Source: Blastocatellia bacterium (GTDB taxonomy: Bacteria > Acidobacteriota > Blastocatellia > RBC074). From it: a stretch of 57,814 nt of DNA. Position 1 is the first letter of the stretch, and each line of letters starts with the position of its first letter. The notes under the pieces were generated by a model. That model searched no databases. It was not told where the DNA came from and saw only the letters and a list, made by a program, of their open reading frames with translations. The stretch lies in the NCBI GenBank assembly GCA_044221525.1, contig JBGAPB010000003.1:1-57814 (forward strand). Reading direction: 5' to 3'. The position numbers and the translations under genes are program-made. Positions 28,103 through 37,559 of the stretch are shown here, piece after piece.

Positions 28103-29587
28103 TTAGGCCACCTTTGCTCCTTTTGAGGCCCGACGGGCGCCCATTTTGATTGTCGCCTGCCACAACGCTCCGACTTTATGTGGCTTCCACAATGCTCCGC
28201 CGTTGGTTTGAGTCTTCTTTAATTGCTCATTTATATGCGTTGCAACCAGCGCCAGGCTTTCACCGGCAGCTAATCGGTTGCGAGCATAGATTCGACAAAA
28301 TCCTATTGATTGGGCGACTGGATAATAGAGATACCAAAAGTACTGAATCGAAGAGAAGGCGCTGCAAACGTAATAAGCTATCAAAACCGATTGCAATCCG
28401 ACACTGATGTAAAATGCTTCTTTATCCTCATCGGTCACTCCGTCTCTAAAATCTTTTTCGAATCGCCAAAGCCTTTGAAAAGGTGCGATGCAGATAATGA
28501 GGTAAGCTATCAATCCCAATACCCCAAGTTCGACTGAGACCTCCACGTAAGCGTTGTGTGCCCTTTCTTCGTTAATAGACAGAAAATGGTAATTGCTCAA
28601 CCCCACACCAAATGGCCGCGCAATAACCAATTTGACTCCGCGCTTGAGAAGCTCTTTACGTTGATATGATGAACCGGTCTTATCCTGATCACTATTAAAG
28701 ATTGTCAGAATTCTTTTTCCGAACCCGCCTGGAGAAGCCACAGTAACCAAGCCGACAATCAACAGCGAAACAAAAATCATCTTGACTCTTTTGCCTCGCC
28801 CTAGTTTCCAGGCCATAAATGCACCTGAAGCAACCAAGCCCAAAAACGCTCCGCGCGAATAAGTGATCAAAACACTAAGAATAAATAGCCCTGTGCAACC
28901 AAAGTAAACCCAACGTGCGATTCCCTTGCGGCTTATTCCCAAAACAAACGACAAAGGGATCAGCATATCCAATGCACTGGCAAGGTCATTCGGATTACCA
29001 AACATCCCACCGCCAACTCCAATGATTCGTGTCAGACCTCCTCCCGCCACCATCATCGTGCCAGCCATATAATTTTGAACAGCGAAATAGGAAATCCAGA
29101 CCCCACCAGCAATAACAAGATTGAAAATAGACAGTAATCGTTTACGCGTATCAATCAGGTTGGCCATTAATATAAAGATCACAACTACTTTGCTGAACGT
29201 GTCGTTGAACGACTCCCAGGCTTCTGATGGGGATAGCGATACCGGCAACAACACCAGGCAAAGTAAGACCAGCACCATGATCATCTTAACTTCAATCGGA
29301 GGAATACTCAGCGATTCGCCATTGCTGAGCTTGCCCATGACGTAAGTACCCATAGCGAAAATGGCCACGACCTTGATTATCTGAAGCGTGCCAAAAATTT
29401 CCGGGAACAATTCATTGGGGCGCAGGTACAAGAGCAATGTAAATAAATACGTTGCTTTGAAAGCTAAGCTATGGCTGCCCGCGTTTTGAATATCGGGCAA
29501 TCCGTAATGCTGCGCAGAGACAGACACAGTCGCTTCACCGTTCGATGAAACTGTTTCTACATTTTGAGTCCGTCTAAACAAATTCAT
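28103..29587 (-). CDS. O-antigen ligase/polymerase (Wzy_C) family membrane protein
   Basis: Many TM helices; GMFGNPNDLA, TYSRGAFLGL, PFGVG, AHNAYVEVSVELGVLG. Confidence 0.85.
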   Translation of the reverse strand: MNLFRRTQNVETVSSNGEATVSVSAQHYGLPDIQNAGSHSLAFKATYLFTLLLYLRPNELFPEIFGTLQIIKVVAIFAMGTYVMGKLSNGESLSIPPIEVKMIMVLVLLCLVLLPVSLSPSEAWESFNDTFSKVVVIFILMANLIDTRKRLLSIFNLVIAGGVWISYFAVQNYMAGTMMVAGGGLTRIIGVGGGMFGNPNDLASALDMLIPLSFVLGISRKGIARWVYFGCTGLFILSVLITYSRGAFLGLVASGAFMAWKLGRGKRVKMIFVSLLIVGLVTVASPGGFGKRILTIFNSDQDKTGSSYQRKELLKRGVKLVIARPFGVGLSNYHFLSINEERAHNAYVEVSVELGVLGLIAYLIICIAPFQRLWRFEKDFRDGVTDEDKEAFYISVGLQSVLIAYYVCSAFSSIQYFWYLYYPVAQSIGFCRIYARNRLAAGESLALVATHINEQLKKTQTNGGALWKPHKVGALWQATIKMGARRASKGAKVA

Positions 29588-29613
29588 ATTAACAACAATT
29601 ACCCGTTACTGTG

Positions 29614-31155
29614 TTATTTGGTTTCAGCCGCCGAAGAAATTCCGATTCGTACAACACCGAATTGATAGAACTTTTGCCACAAAGCGTACAGTTTCAGCCG
29701 TTCTTCCTGAGTAACTGCTCCTGAAACAAACAAGGCAATCAGATAAATAATTCCATAGCTCAACGTACCAACTACCAATATCAATTGAACCGGCAAACCG
29801 GCCATTGTCAATTTCATTGATTCTGTAGCCAATGCTGCAATCAATACTGCTAACACTAATCGCCACAAAGAGACAAAGTATTTCAAATCCGACAATGTCA
29901 GCTTCAGTCGCCGTCCGATTGCAACAAGTGTCACGCTGGCATCGAATAGCCGTGTCACAGCAACCGCAGCAATCACGCCGACCATTCCACCGACCTTCAA
30001 TCCGATATAAAGCGCAGCAACAGTAGTTGGTAACAGTATCAAACAGAACTTGATGCGAAAGTACCTAAGCTCAGGAAAAGCACGAAGCAACGCTCCAATA
30101 AGTAAAACGTACAACAATAGGTTAAACAGGTTAACCGCAAAAATTGACGTGGCTTCCACGTAAGTTTTGGTGAACAGAGTAAGAATGAATTCCCTCCGCA
30201 ACACAAACAACATTGAACAAATAGGAAAGAAGGCAAATGCAAGCATCCGCACCGATCCAGTCCAGACTTTCATAATCTGGCTCAAGGCCCCGTCATTCTC
30301 CAATCGTGAAATTTCCGGCAACAGAACTGTCTCCATGCCGTCAATCATCACTTGTAAGACAGGTAGCTGAAAACATCCAATTGAATAAATAGCGAACTGC
30401 GCCGGTGTGAAGTGCGCTGAAACGAAATAATTATGGAGGTCGAATTGAATGACATATACGATGCTACCAATACCAAAAGGCAATGCATTGCCCAATTGCG
30501 CTTTGAACAACGGCCAATCGAAGCCTCTCCAAAAATCGCCAAATCGCCGTCTCAGGTAAGTCAGATACACCGAACAATGAACAATTCCGATGATCAAGGC
30601 AGCAATCAGCATTGCACGAACGCTGCCACCAATGATTGCTGCTGCAACCAGTAACGAGGTTTTCATTAACTGTATCAACACCGTCGCAACCGCAGACCAG
30701 CGAATATCACCATTCGCAATCGGAACACATTCCAGATTCAATCCTACCAACCACAGAAGAATGGCTCCGCCCAGCAAAGGCATAACTGGAACCAATCCTT
30801 CGCCGTTCATGATTGGCGTTACCCAACGCGGAAAACACACAAACAACAATGCCACCACCGAGCCAACGCTCAGGTAAAAAACCAGTACATTCAGCACTAC
30901 CTGGGATTTACGGTCAGGTTCCCTGGGAGTGAAGTAATATGTCGTAGCTGCGACTTGCAACCCCAGTAAAGAAAGACTGGTGGTTAAAATCTGAAACGCC
31001 TGTCTGTACAGCCCCATTTGCTCTGGATGAAACAAGCGAGTCAGGATTAGCGGTAGGGCCAAAGCCATTGCAAAAGCAATGCTCTTAGCCGCCACCATCC
31101 AGATCGCTTGCCCAGCAAAACTTTTTGGTTCCACCGTAGCTTTCGAAAAACTCAT
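29614..31155 (-). CDS. Oligosaccharide flippase (Wzx-like, MOP superfamily)
   Basis: About 12-14 hydrophobic segments; LPLILTRLF.PEQMGLY and FTPAQFAIYSIG. Start uncertain (31155 avoids overlap with the upstream gene). Confidence 0.85.
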   Translation of the reverse strand: MSFSKATVEPKSFAGQAIWMVAAKSIAFAMALALPLILTRLFHPEQMGLYRQAFQILTTSLSLLGLQVAATTYYFTPREPDRKSQVVLNVLVFYLSVGSVVALLFVCFPRWVTPIMNGEGLVPVMPLLGGAILLWLVGLNLECVPIANGDIRWSAVATVLIQLMKTSLLVAAAIIGGSVRAMLIAALIIGIVHCSVYLTYLRRRFGDFWRGFDWPLFKAQLGNALPFGIGSIVYVIQFDLHNYFVSAHFTPAQFAIYSIGCFQLPVLQVMIDGMETVLLPEISRLENDGALSQIMKVWTGSVRMLAFAFFPICSMLFVLRREFILTLFTKTYVEATSIFAVNLFNLLLYVLLIGALLRAFPELRYFRIKFCLILLPTTVAALYIGLKVGGMVGVIAAVAVTRLFDASVTLVAIGRRLKLTLSDLKYFVSLWRLVLAVLIAALATESMKLTMAGLPVQLILVVGTLSYGIIYLIALFVSGAVTQEERLKLYALWQKFYQFGVVRIGISSAAETK

Positions 31156-31177
31156 AACTTGCAACCAAGCAACAACG

Positions 31178-32491
31178 TTACCAACAGATTCCCTGATAGC
31201 CGCCGCCGTTACTCTCACCTTTCAACATACCAACCAAGTCAATGAACAGTCGTCCATTATTTAGCCTATGTTTTAACTCCTTAAATTCCTCTTCTCTCTT
31301 ACCGATAACGACGATTTCGGATGAATCAACCACTTCCTGTAACTCACGCCTCAGGAGCGAAGAGATATGCGGAATTTCGCGTTCGATGTAATCTTTGTTC
31401 GCGCCAACCAGCTGTGCCAATTGAACGTCTCTGTCGTAAATTTGTAGCTTTAACCCTTTACCAATCAATGCCTCAACCAGAGAGACCATTGGGCTTTCTC
31501 TCAAATCATCAGTTCCTGACTTAAAACTCAACCCTAAAATGCCAACACTCTTGCGACCAGAACTCAGAACCATGTCCACAGTCCGCTCTACTTGTTGGCG
31601 GTTGCTGGGCAAAATCGAGCTAAGAACTGGAACTTCAACATCCAGTTCTTTTGCCTTGTAATTAATCGCGCGCAAATCTTTCGGCAAACAAGAACCGCCA
31701 AAGGCAAACCCGGGCTTGAAATAGGCGGACGAAATGTTCAGCTTTGTGTCCTGGCAGAAAATGTCCATGACTCTGTGACTGTCGGCTCCAAGTTTCTTGC
31801 AAAGGTTCCCAATTTCATTGGCAAAAGTAACTTTTAGTGCATGAAAACAATTACTGGTGTATTTCACCATCTCAGCTTCTTTAATGCCTACAGTAATAAC
31901 CGGCGCGTCCAGATGCTTATAAAGCTGGCTGATCTGATCGGCGGCTTTTTCGTCATCAGACCCAATCAACGTAAAAGGTGGGTGATGAAAATCGTAAATA
32001 GAACTGCCTTCTCGTAAAAATTCCGGGTTGATGGCAACACCAAAATCAACACCTGCCAGTTTGCCAGAACTGGCCTCAAGCGTGGGAATAACCGTGCTTT
32101 CAATAGAACCAGGAAGCATCGTGCTGCGAATGACGATGACATGGTAACGATTGGCTGATGCCAGAGCTTCGCCAATCTGTTGGCAGGCGCGTTTAATATA
32201 GGTTAAATCTAAACTGCCATTGGGCTGACTTGGAGTCCCAACGCAAACCAGAGATAAATCTGTAGCGGCAATTGCATTTTTTGTTTCAGTTGTCGCCGAC
32301 AACAAATTTTTTCTCACCACTTCTGCCATCAAATCGCTAATGCCCGGCTCAATGATCGGACTGTGCCCGCCATTAATCATTTCCACCTTTAGTTGGTTGA
32401 GGTCAGCTCCGACAATTTCGTGCCCGGCCTGAGCCAGACATGCCGCTGAAACACATCCAACATATCCCAATCCGATTACACTAACCTTCAT
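31178..32491 (-). CDS. algD: GDP-mannose 6-dehydrogenase-like nucleotide-sugar dehydrogenase
   Basis: GLGYVG, CVGTPS, NPEFLREG, catalytic PGFAFGGSCLPKD, GLSFKSGTDDLRESP and C-terminal GICW all resemble Pseudomonas AlgD more than typical Ugd. Confidence 0.8.
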   Translation of the reverse strand: MKVSVIGLGYVGCVSAACLAQAGHEIVGADLNQLKVEMINGGHSPIIEPGISDLMAEVVRKNLLSATTETKNAIAATDLSLVCVGTPSQPNGSLDLTYIKRACQQIGEALASANRYHVIVIRSTMLPGSIESTVIPTLEASSGKLAGVDFGVAINPEFLREGSSIYDFHHPPFTLIGSDDEKAADQISQLYKHLDAPVITVGIKEAEMVKYTSNCFHALKVTFANEIGNLCKKLGADSHRVMDIFCQDTKLNISSAYFKPGFAFGGSCLPKDLRAINYKAKELDVEVPVLSSILPSNRQQVERTVDMVLSSGRKSVGILGLSFKSGTDDLRESPMVSLVEALIGKGLKLQIYDRDVQLAQLVGANKDYIEREIPHISSLLRRELQEVVDSSEIVVIGKREEEFKELKHRLNNGRLFIDLVGMLKGESNGGGYQGICW

Positions 32492-32579
32492 TACTCTTAC
32501 TCTCCTAAATAAATTTGAGACAATTTTTGATCAGCAGCTTCGTGTTGAAAACAATCTGGAGCCGCAAGGAAATACTTCT

Positions 32580-34187
32580 TCAATTTCTATGGAATTTTAC
32601 GCCACTCTCTCTACCGGTATCAGTTTCAGTATTAGGCAAGCTTGTAATCCGATAAACCACAAAGTCAGCGTTTACATACTCTTTGCGAAGAAGGTTCATA
32701 TTCCTACTAACAAACCCTTGCAAAAATGCTTGATCATATGGTTCCTCGCCGTTTGGACCAACAACAATGTGAGTAGCGCGAATTTTGTCGAAATACTCCC
32801 ATATTTTTCCATCACTCTCTCTTCTCGGATAAAATGACGATTTCCTTTCAGTAAGCAGGGCTAATGCTCTTGGCTTGGTAAATATAATTACGTCATTCTC
32901 GGTTGTTTGCTTTTTGATGTAGTCAAAAATATCAGCAGCTTCGGTCTTTGTAATTCCATTTGGAATTTCGTTATAGTTCTGGGAGCTATAACTGAGAGCG
33001 TATGTAGCAATAATAGCCAAAGCAATAACGGCAATAACGCATTTCCTGACTCCGCCGTTATCTGGCAAAGCCATTACACCTTGCAATGCATAGAACATGT
33101 AAAAAGGAACTATTGGCAGCACATATCGAATACCGCCGGTCATCGGCACAATAACTATGCTAATAGCATAAAGGGCAACAAATACTTCCAGGAAAGTTGC
33201 TTTCCGTCTGGTCTGTGCCAGAAAACCAACGACTGCCAGTACAGAAACCAAAACGGCAAGGTTTATGCGAAACAGCTTACTGTAACTGTTATCCCAAAGC
33301 TCTGTCAGTGAAAATGTATAGCGCGGTATATTTTGCCAAATGAAAATCATCCAGTTGTACAAGAAATTTTGTGAGCCTGCCTGCACCTGCTCGACGTAAC
33401 TGCGATCACTCCTCAAAGCAAAAGATTGAATTATAATCAACGCAATAGTTACGGTAGCGACCCCGATGGAATACAGCGACGGCCAGGATAGCTTTCGATT
33501 ACGAAAAAGATCGTAAAGCACCAGACAAGGCAGCAGTACTAATCCAACGCTTCTGGTCCCGTATGCCAAATAAAATGAAATACCAGTGGCAAAGACATAA
33601 GCGAGCTTGGGCAACCCAATGGCGCTTGATTTATAGAACTTACAAACAATATAGACACTTAGATTTACCGCCGCGCAAAACAGCATCTCCGATTCAATCC
33701 TATCCTTTAGATTCCAAAAATACGGATTGAGGCCCACCATTATCAGTAAAATGGCTTGCTGCTTAACTGTGAGGTAATCTTTCAGAATCCTCGTCAGTAA
33801 CCAGAGCGAAAACATGAAGGCCAGAGTTACCGCGACCTTCATCGCCATCAGGTTCATGCCGAATAACCAATAAACCGGTGTTAAGAAAAGAGGAAAAATC
33901 GGTGGGTAAGACCCTGGCCCGACATAGGATGGCAAATAAAGGTAATTGAATCTGTCGTACTCAACTCCCTCTACGATATTCTTTGCGTGTTGTATGTAGA
34001 CAGCGTAATCGTCTCCCCAGTAATGCCCTTGCCTGATTGTCGCCAGATAAAAAAAACCGATTGAAAGAATAACCAGAAAAATTAACTGGCTACTTTTTAC
34101 TTTGGAATCGGTGACGGCAGCAAACCGCCCAGACGGGTTGTTACCAAAATGTGATTTGTCAAATAACTCAACAACTATTTCAGACAT
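32580..34187 (-). CDS. GT-C fold (ArnT/PMT-like) membrane glycosyltransferase
   Basis: Acidic WGDDYAVY after the first TM helix, YPPIFP, ESE, TRSVG, RYVLP; multiple TM helices and a C-terminal extracytoplasmic domain. Confidence 0.7.
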   Translation of the reverse strand: MSEIVVELFDKSHFGNNPSGRFAAVTDSKVKSSQLIFLVILSIGFFYLATIRQGHYWGDDYAVYIQHAKNIVEGVEYDRFNYLYLPSYVGPGSYPPIFPLFLTPVYWLFGMNLMAMKVAVTLAFMFSLWLLTRILKDYLTVKQQAILLIMVGLNPYFWNLKDRIESEMLFCAAVNLSVYIVCKFYKSSAIGLPKLAYVFATGISFYLAYGTRSVGLVLLPCLVLYDLFRNRKLSWPSLYSIGVATVTIALIIIQSFALRSDRSYVEQVQAGSQNFLYNWMIFIWQNIPRYTFSLTELWDNSYSKLFRINLAVLVSVLAVVGFLAQTRRKATFLEVFVALYAISIVIVPMTGGIRYVLPIVPFYMFYALQGVMALPDNGGVRKCVIAVIALAIIATYALSYSSQNYNEIPNGITKTEAADIFDYIKKQTTENDVIIFTKPRALALLTERKSSFYPRRESDGKIWEYFDKIRATHIVVGPNGEEPYDQAFLQGFVSRNMNLLRKEYVNADFVVYRITSLPNTETDTGRESGVKFHRN

Positions 34188-34216
34188 TGGGGATACCTCT
34201 ACATCTTTGATCGCTG

Positions 34217-35554
34217 TTATTGCTGTTTTGCCGCAAGGGAAAGACCCTTTGCGTTTTCAGCTGGAAAGCATTGACTGTCATGCTTTTCGCCGTTAAGAGA
34301 CGCGATTGACCTCTCTTCGACGGCCTGATTATCACAGGCTTGTTGGCAAATTTCGGCGAACTGAGCTGCAACTCGCCCCCAGCCGAATTTCTCTCTGATG
34401 CTGAAAGCCGCTCTGTTACCCAATTCGGCAGCAAAACCGGAATCGGACAGAATTCGAATAACTGCTTTGGCAAAAGCTTCGGGGGTATCAGCAATCAACA
34501 ACTCTTCGCCGTCCCTGATCGGCAAACCTTCAGCGCCGACAGTGGTTGAAACCATTGGCATTTCCATCGCCAGGGCTTCATAAATTTTCAGGCGCGTACC
34601 ACCGCCAATGCGGATTGGAACGATGTAAGCGGCTGCCTTTTCCATAAAGGGCCTGACATCGTCTACGCGACCAGTGACTACAACGGATGAGTCGCGCTGG
34701 CTTAATTCCATCAACTCGCGTCCGGGTTTGCGACCGACAACCGTTAGTTTGACGCTTGGAACTTTGATGCGAATCAGCGGCAGAACTTCGTCACAAAACC
34801 ATTTGATCGCGTCCACATTCGGCAGCCAGTCCATTGAACCTGTGAAAACCAGGCTGCCAGCTTCAGGCTGTGCGTACGAACTTGGACAAAAGAAGTCGGT
34901 ATCAACTCCGGTCGGAACATCTGTGACTGCTTCGATTCCATAATCGCGCCGCATCGTTTCGCTGTCTTCGCGCGAAACAGCAATGACATGGTCATATCGC
35001 TGACATTCAGCTTTCTCCAGAGCGCGCATTTTTTTCCACTGCCAATAAAGGTAAAGCCGTTTCAAAGGGTTGGCCTGGGTTTCGTAATGGCGCTGCCAGA
35101 TAACGGCTTCGACGTTGTGTTGGAAAAGCACAGTTGCGCAACCCAGGTTTTCCGGCAGATTAATGCTTGGGGGCAGAAAGTCGCAGACAACAACGTCTGG
35201 CTGATCCTGCTCAACGCGCTTAATTATTTCTCGCCGCAATTCGACTGATTCGTACTTTTTGACTGCGTAAGGCAGCCGCGAAAACAGATTTCCAAACAGT
35301 TCAAAATAAAAACCGACAGAAAATTTGGCGCGAGTGTGATGCGGAATAGTAACCAGTTCCTGACAATACTCTTCAGCCTTTTGCCGCGAATCAGGCGAAG
35401 CCGTGCCGTCATCCAGTGTCAGGTAAGTAACGTGATGATCACGTTTAAGCTGCTTCAGCATTTCATAGGTGCGAATTTTCCCGCCCTTATCCACGGGATG
35501 CAGCAATTCGGTTTTGATCCAAAGTATCTTCAACAAACGACTCCTGTTTTCCAT
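34217..35554 (-). CDS. Glycosyltransferase family 4
   Basis: GGKIRTY, HNVEA, PTGVD, FTGSMDWLPNVD, PIRIGGGTRLKIYEALAM..P.VSTTVGAEG. Confidence 0.92.
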   Translation of the reverse strand: MENRSRLLKILWIKTELLHPVDKGGKIRTYEMLKQLKRDHHVTYLTLDDGTASPDSRQKAEEYCQELVTIPHHTRAKFSVGFYFELFGNLFSRLPYAVKKYESVELRREIIKRVEQDQPDVVVCDFLPPSINLPENLGCATVLFQHNVEAVIWQRHYETQANPLKRLYLYWQWKKMRALEKAECQRYDHVIAVSREDSETMRRDYGIEAVTDVPTGVDTDFFCPSSYAQPEAGSLVFTGSMDWLPNVDAIKWFCDEVLPLIRIKVPSVKLTVVGRKPGRELMELSQRDSSVVVTGRVDDVRPFMEKAAAYIVPIRIGGGTRLKIYEALAMEMPMVSTTVGAEGLPIRDGEELLIADTPEAFAKAVIRILSDSGFAAELGNRAAFSIREKFGWGRVAAQFAEICQQACDNQAVEERSIASLNGEKHDSQCFPAENAKGLSLAAKQQ

Positions 35555-37510
35555 CTAGGCCGCGGCATAAGCAACACGCTTTGCCTGTTCTGCCGGTTCA
35601 GTCAAATCTTGTTCTTCGCCATCAATGAAGCGACGCTGCCAGATTTCAAAATTGATCAACATCCACAAACGCTCGGAGTGGTTTTCTCCTGCCTGATGAC
35701 GCGCTGCCAGATTTCGCACAAAGTCCGGTTCGAAGATTCCTCGCTCCGATGCGCGCGCACCAAGTACATATTCATCAACCAGATGCCGAAATTCACCGCG
35801 CAACCAGGCTCCGATCGGAACCGGGAAGCCCATCTTTTTTCGATTCAGAATTTCGGCTGGAATTTTGTCCGCCATCGCCCGCCGCAAGATGTATTTCGTA
35901 GTCAGCCCACGCAACTTCATCCGTTCCGGCAAGCGCGCGGCAAATTCAACCAGTTTGTGATCCAGAAACGGCACGCGACTTTCGATGGAAGCGGCCATGC
36001 TCATTTGATCCTGCTTCATCAGAAGTTCGTGCAGATAAGTTTTCATATCCGCCGCCAGCAATTGATCCAGCATGGTCACCGCGTCCGTTTCGCCCATCAG
36101 TGCCAGCGAGGTTCTGTAAGGATCGCTTTCTCCCATCCGGGCGCGAGTTTCAGCCGTAAACAATCCCTGCTGACGGCTGCGCGAAAAGACAGAGAAGTTA
36201 TCAAAGTAAATGCTTTCAATATCCGAGGGCACGCACAGAAAAGTCCGCGCCAGTTTTTGCCGAACCGCCGAAGCCCCGTTGCCATTTTCAATGGCTCTTT
36301 TGACCAGTTTACGCAGCGACGCAGGAGTAAAATTTTTATAGACTCTACCCAGCGAAAGGTTGTAAATCGTCTTGCGATATTTGTCGTAACCGGCCAGCAG
36401 TTCGTCGCTGCCTTCGCCGGTCAGCACAACCTTGACGTGCTCGGCGGCCAGCTTTGAAACGAAGTAAAGCGGTATGCTGGACGGATGCGCGATTGGTTCA
36501 TCTTCCTGATAAACCATTGCGGGCAGGGCGTCGAAAAACTGCTGTGGGCTGACAACTATATCGTGATGCTCGGTTCCAAAGGCGCGAGAAGCCATTCGGG
36601 CATATTCCAACTCGTTGGCTTCGCGTTCAGCAAAAGCAACCGAAAAGGTTTTGATCGGATCGCTAACCAATTTACTCATTGCACCAGCAATGGCAGTTGA
36701 ATCAATCCCACCGGACAGAAACATCCCCAACGGCACGTCGGCCATCAGCCGCAACCGAACGGATTCGCGGAAAAGCTGGTCAAACTGCTCTATGTATTCA
36801 TTATCGCTGAGTGGGGCTTCGTCTTTAGAGAAACTCAAATCCCAGAACTGTTCGATCTCAACTCGCCCTTCCTGCCAAACCAATGTGTGGCCGGGCGGCA
36901 ATCTGCGGACTCCGCGAAAAAGCGTTTCGTCGCCAGAGGTGTAACGGTTTGCCGAAAAATCAGCCAGCGCGTCGTAATTCAGGTCGGGTTTGACCGCGCG
37001 CGCAGCAATCAGAGCCTTGATCTCTGACGCAAAATGCAGCACTCCATCATTCGACAAGGTGTAATAAACCGGCTTGATGCCCATGCGGTCACGAGCCAAA
37101 ACCAAACGACGCTGTTTGGCATCCCAGATGGCGAAAGCGAACATCCCGCGCAGATGCTGAACCGCGGTCGTGCCAAACTCTTCATAAAGGTGAATTATCG
37201 TTTCAGTGTCGCTGGATGTGCGATAACAATGGCCGCGAGATTCCAGCATCGGACGGTGGTCGTTGTGATTGTAAACCTCGCCGTTGAAAACAATCTGAAC
37301 CTGGCCATCTTCGTTGGTCATCGGTTGATGCCCACCGCCCAGATCAACAATCGAAAGCCGCCTGTGCCCAAGCCCGATGCCGCCATCTATAAAGCTTCCG
37401 GCATCGTCCGGGCCTCGGTGCGTCAAGGTGTCGCGCATTCGCTTCAACAATGATTCATCAACTCGGCGATTTAGTTTTTGAGGTACGGCGATGCCGCAAA
37501 TTCCACACAT
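35555..37510 (-). CDS. asnB: Asparagine synthase (glutamine-hydrolysing)-like amidotransferase, second copy
   Basis: MCGICG, HRGPDD, HRRLSIVD, FNGEVYN, LSGGIDS, TGEGSDELLAGY, KQDQMSMAASIESRVPFLD. Confidence 0.95.
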   Translation of the reverse strand: MCGICGIAVPQKLNRRVDESLLKRMRDTLTHRGPDDAGSFIDGGIGLGHRRLSIVDLGGGHQPMTNEDGQVQIVFNGEVYNHNDHRPMLESRGHCYRTSSDTETIIHLYEEFGTTAVQHLRGMFAFAIWDAKQRRLVLARDRMGIKPVYYTLSNDGVLHFASEIKALIAARAVKPDLNYDALADFSANRYTSGDETLFRGVRRLPPGHTLVWQEGRVEIEQFWDLSFSKDEAPLSDNEYIEQFDQLFRESVRLRLMADVPLGMFLSGGIDSTAIAGAMSKLVSDPIKTFSVAFAEREANELEYARMASRAFGTEHHDIVVSPQQFFDALPAMVYQEDEPIAHPSSIPLYFVSKLAAEHVKVVLTGEGSDELLAGYDKYRKTIYNLSLGRVYKNFTPASLRKLVKRAIENGNGASAVRQKLARTFLCVPSDIESIYFDNFSVFSRSRQQGLFTAETRARMGESDPYRTSLALMGETDAVTMLDQLLAADMKTYLHELLMKQDQMSMAASIESRVPFLDHKLVEFAARLPERMKLRGLTTKYILRRAMADKIPAEILNRKKMGFPVPIGAWLRGEFRHLVDEYVLGARASERGIFEPDFVRNLAARHQAGENHSERLWMLINFEIWQRRFIDGEEQDLTEPAEQAKRVAYAAA

Positions 37511-37559
37511 TGCTTTCTACCTTGCCCGCTCCCTATCGGTTGCGGTCTTGACCAGATTT

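Noticed and set aside
35336-36457. 373-aa plus-strand ORF
   Set aside because: Antisense shadow of asnB and the GT4 gene; no recognisable motifs.
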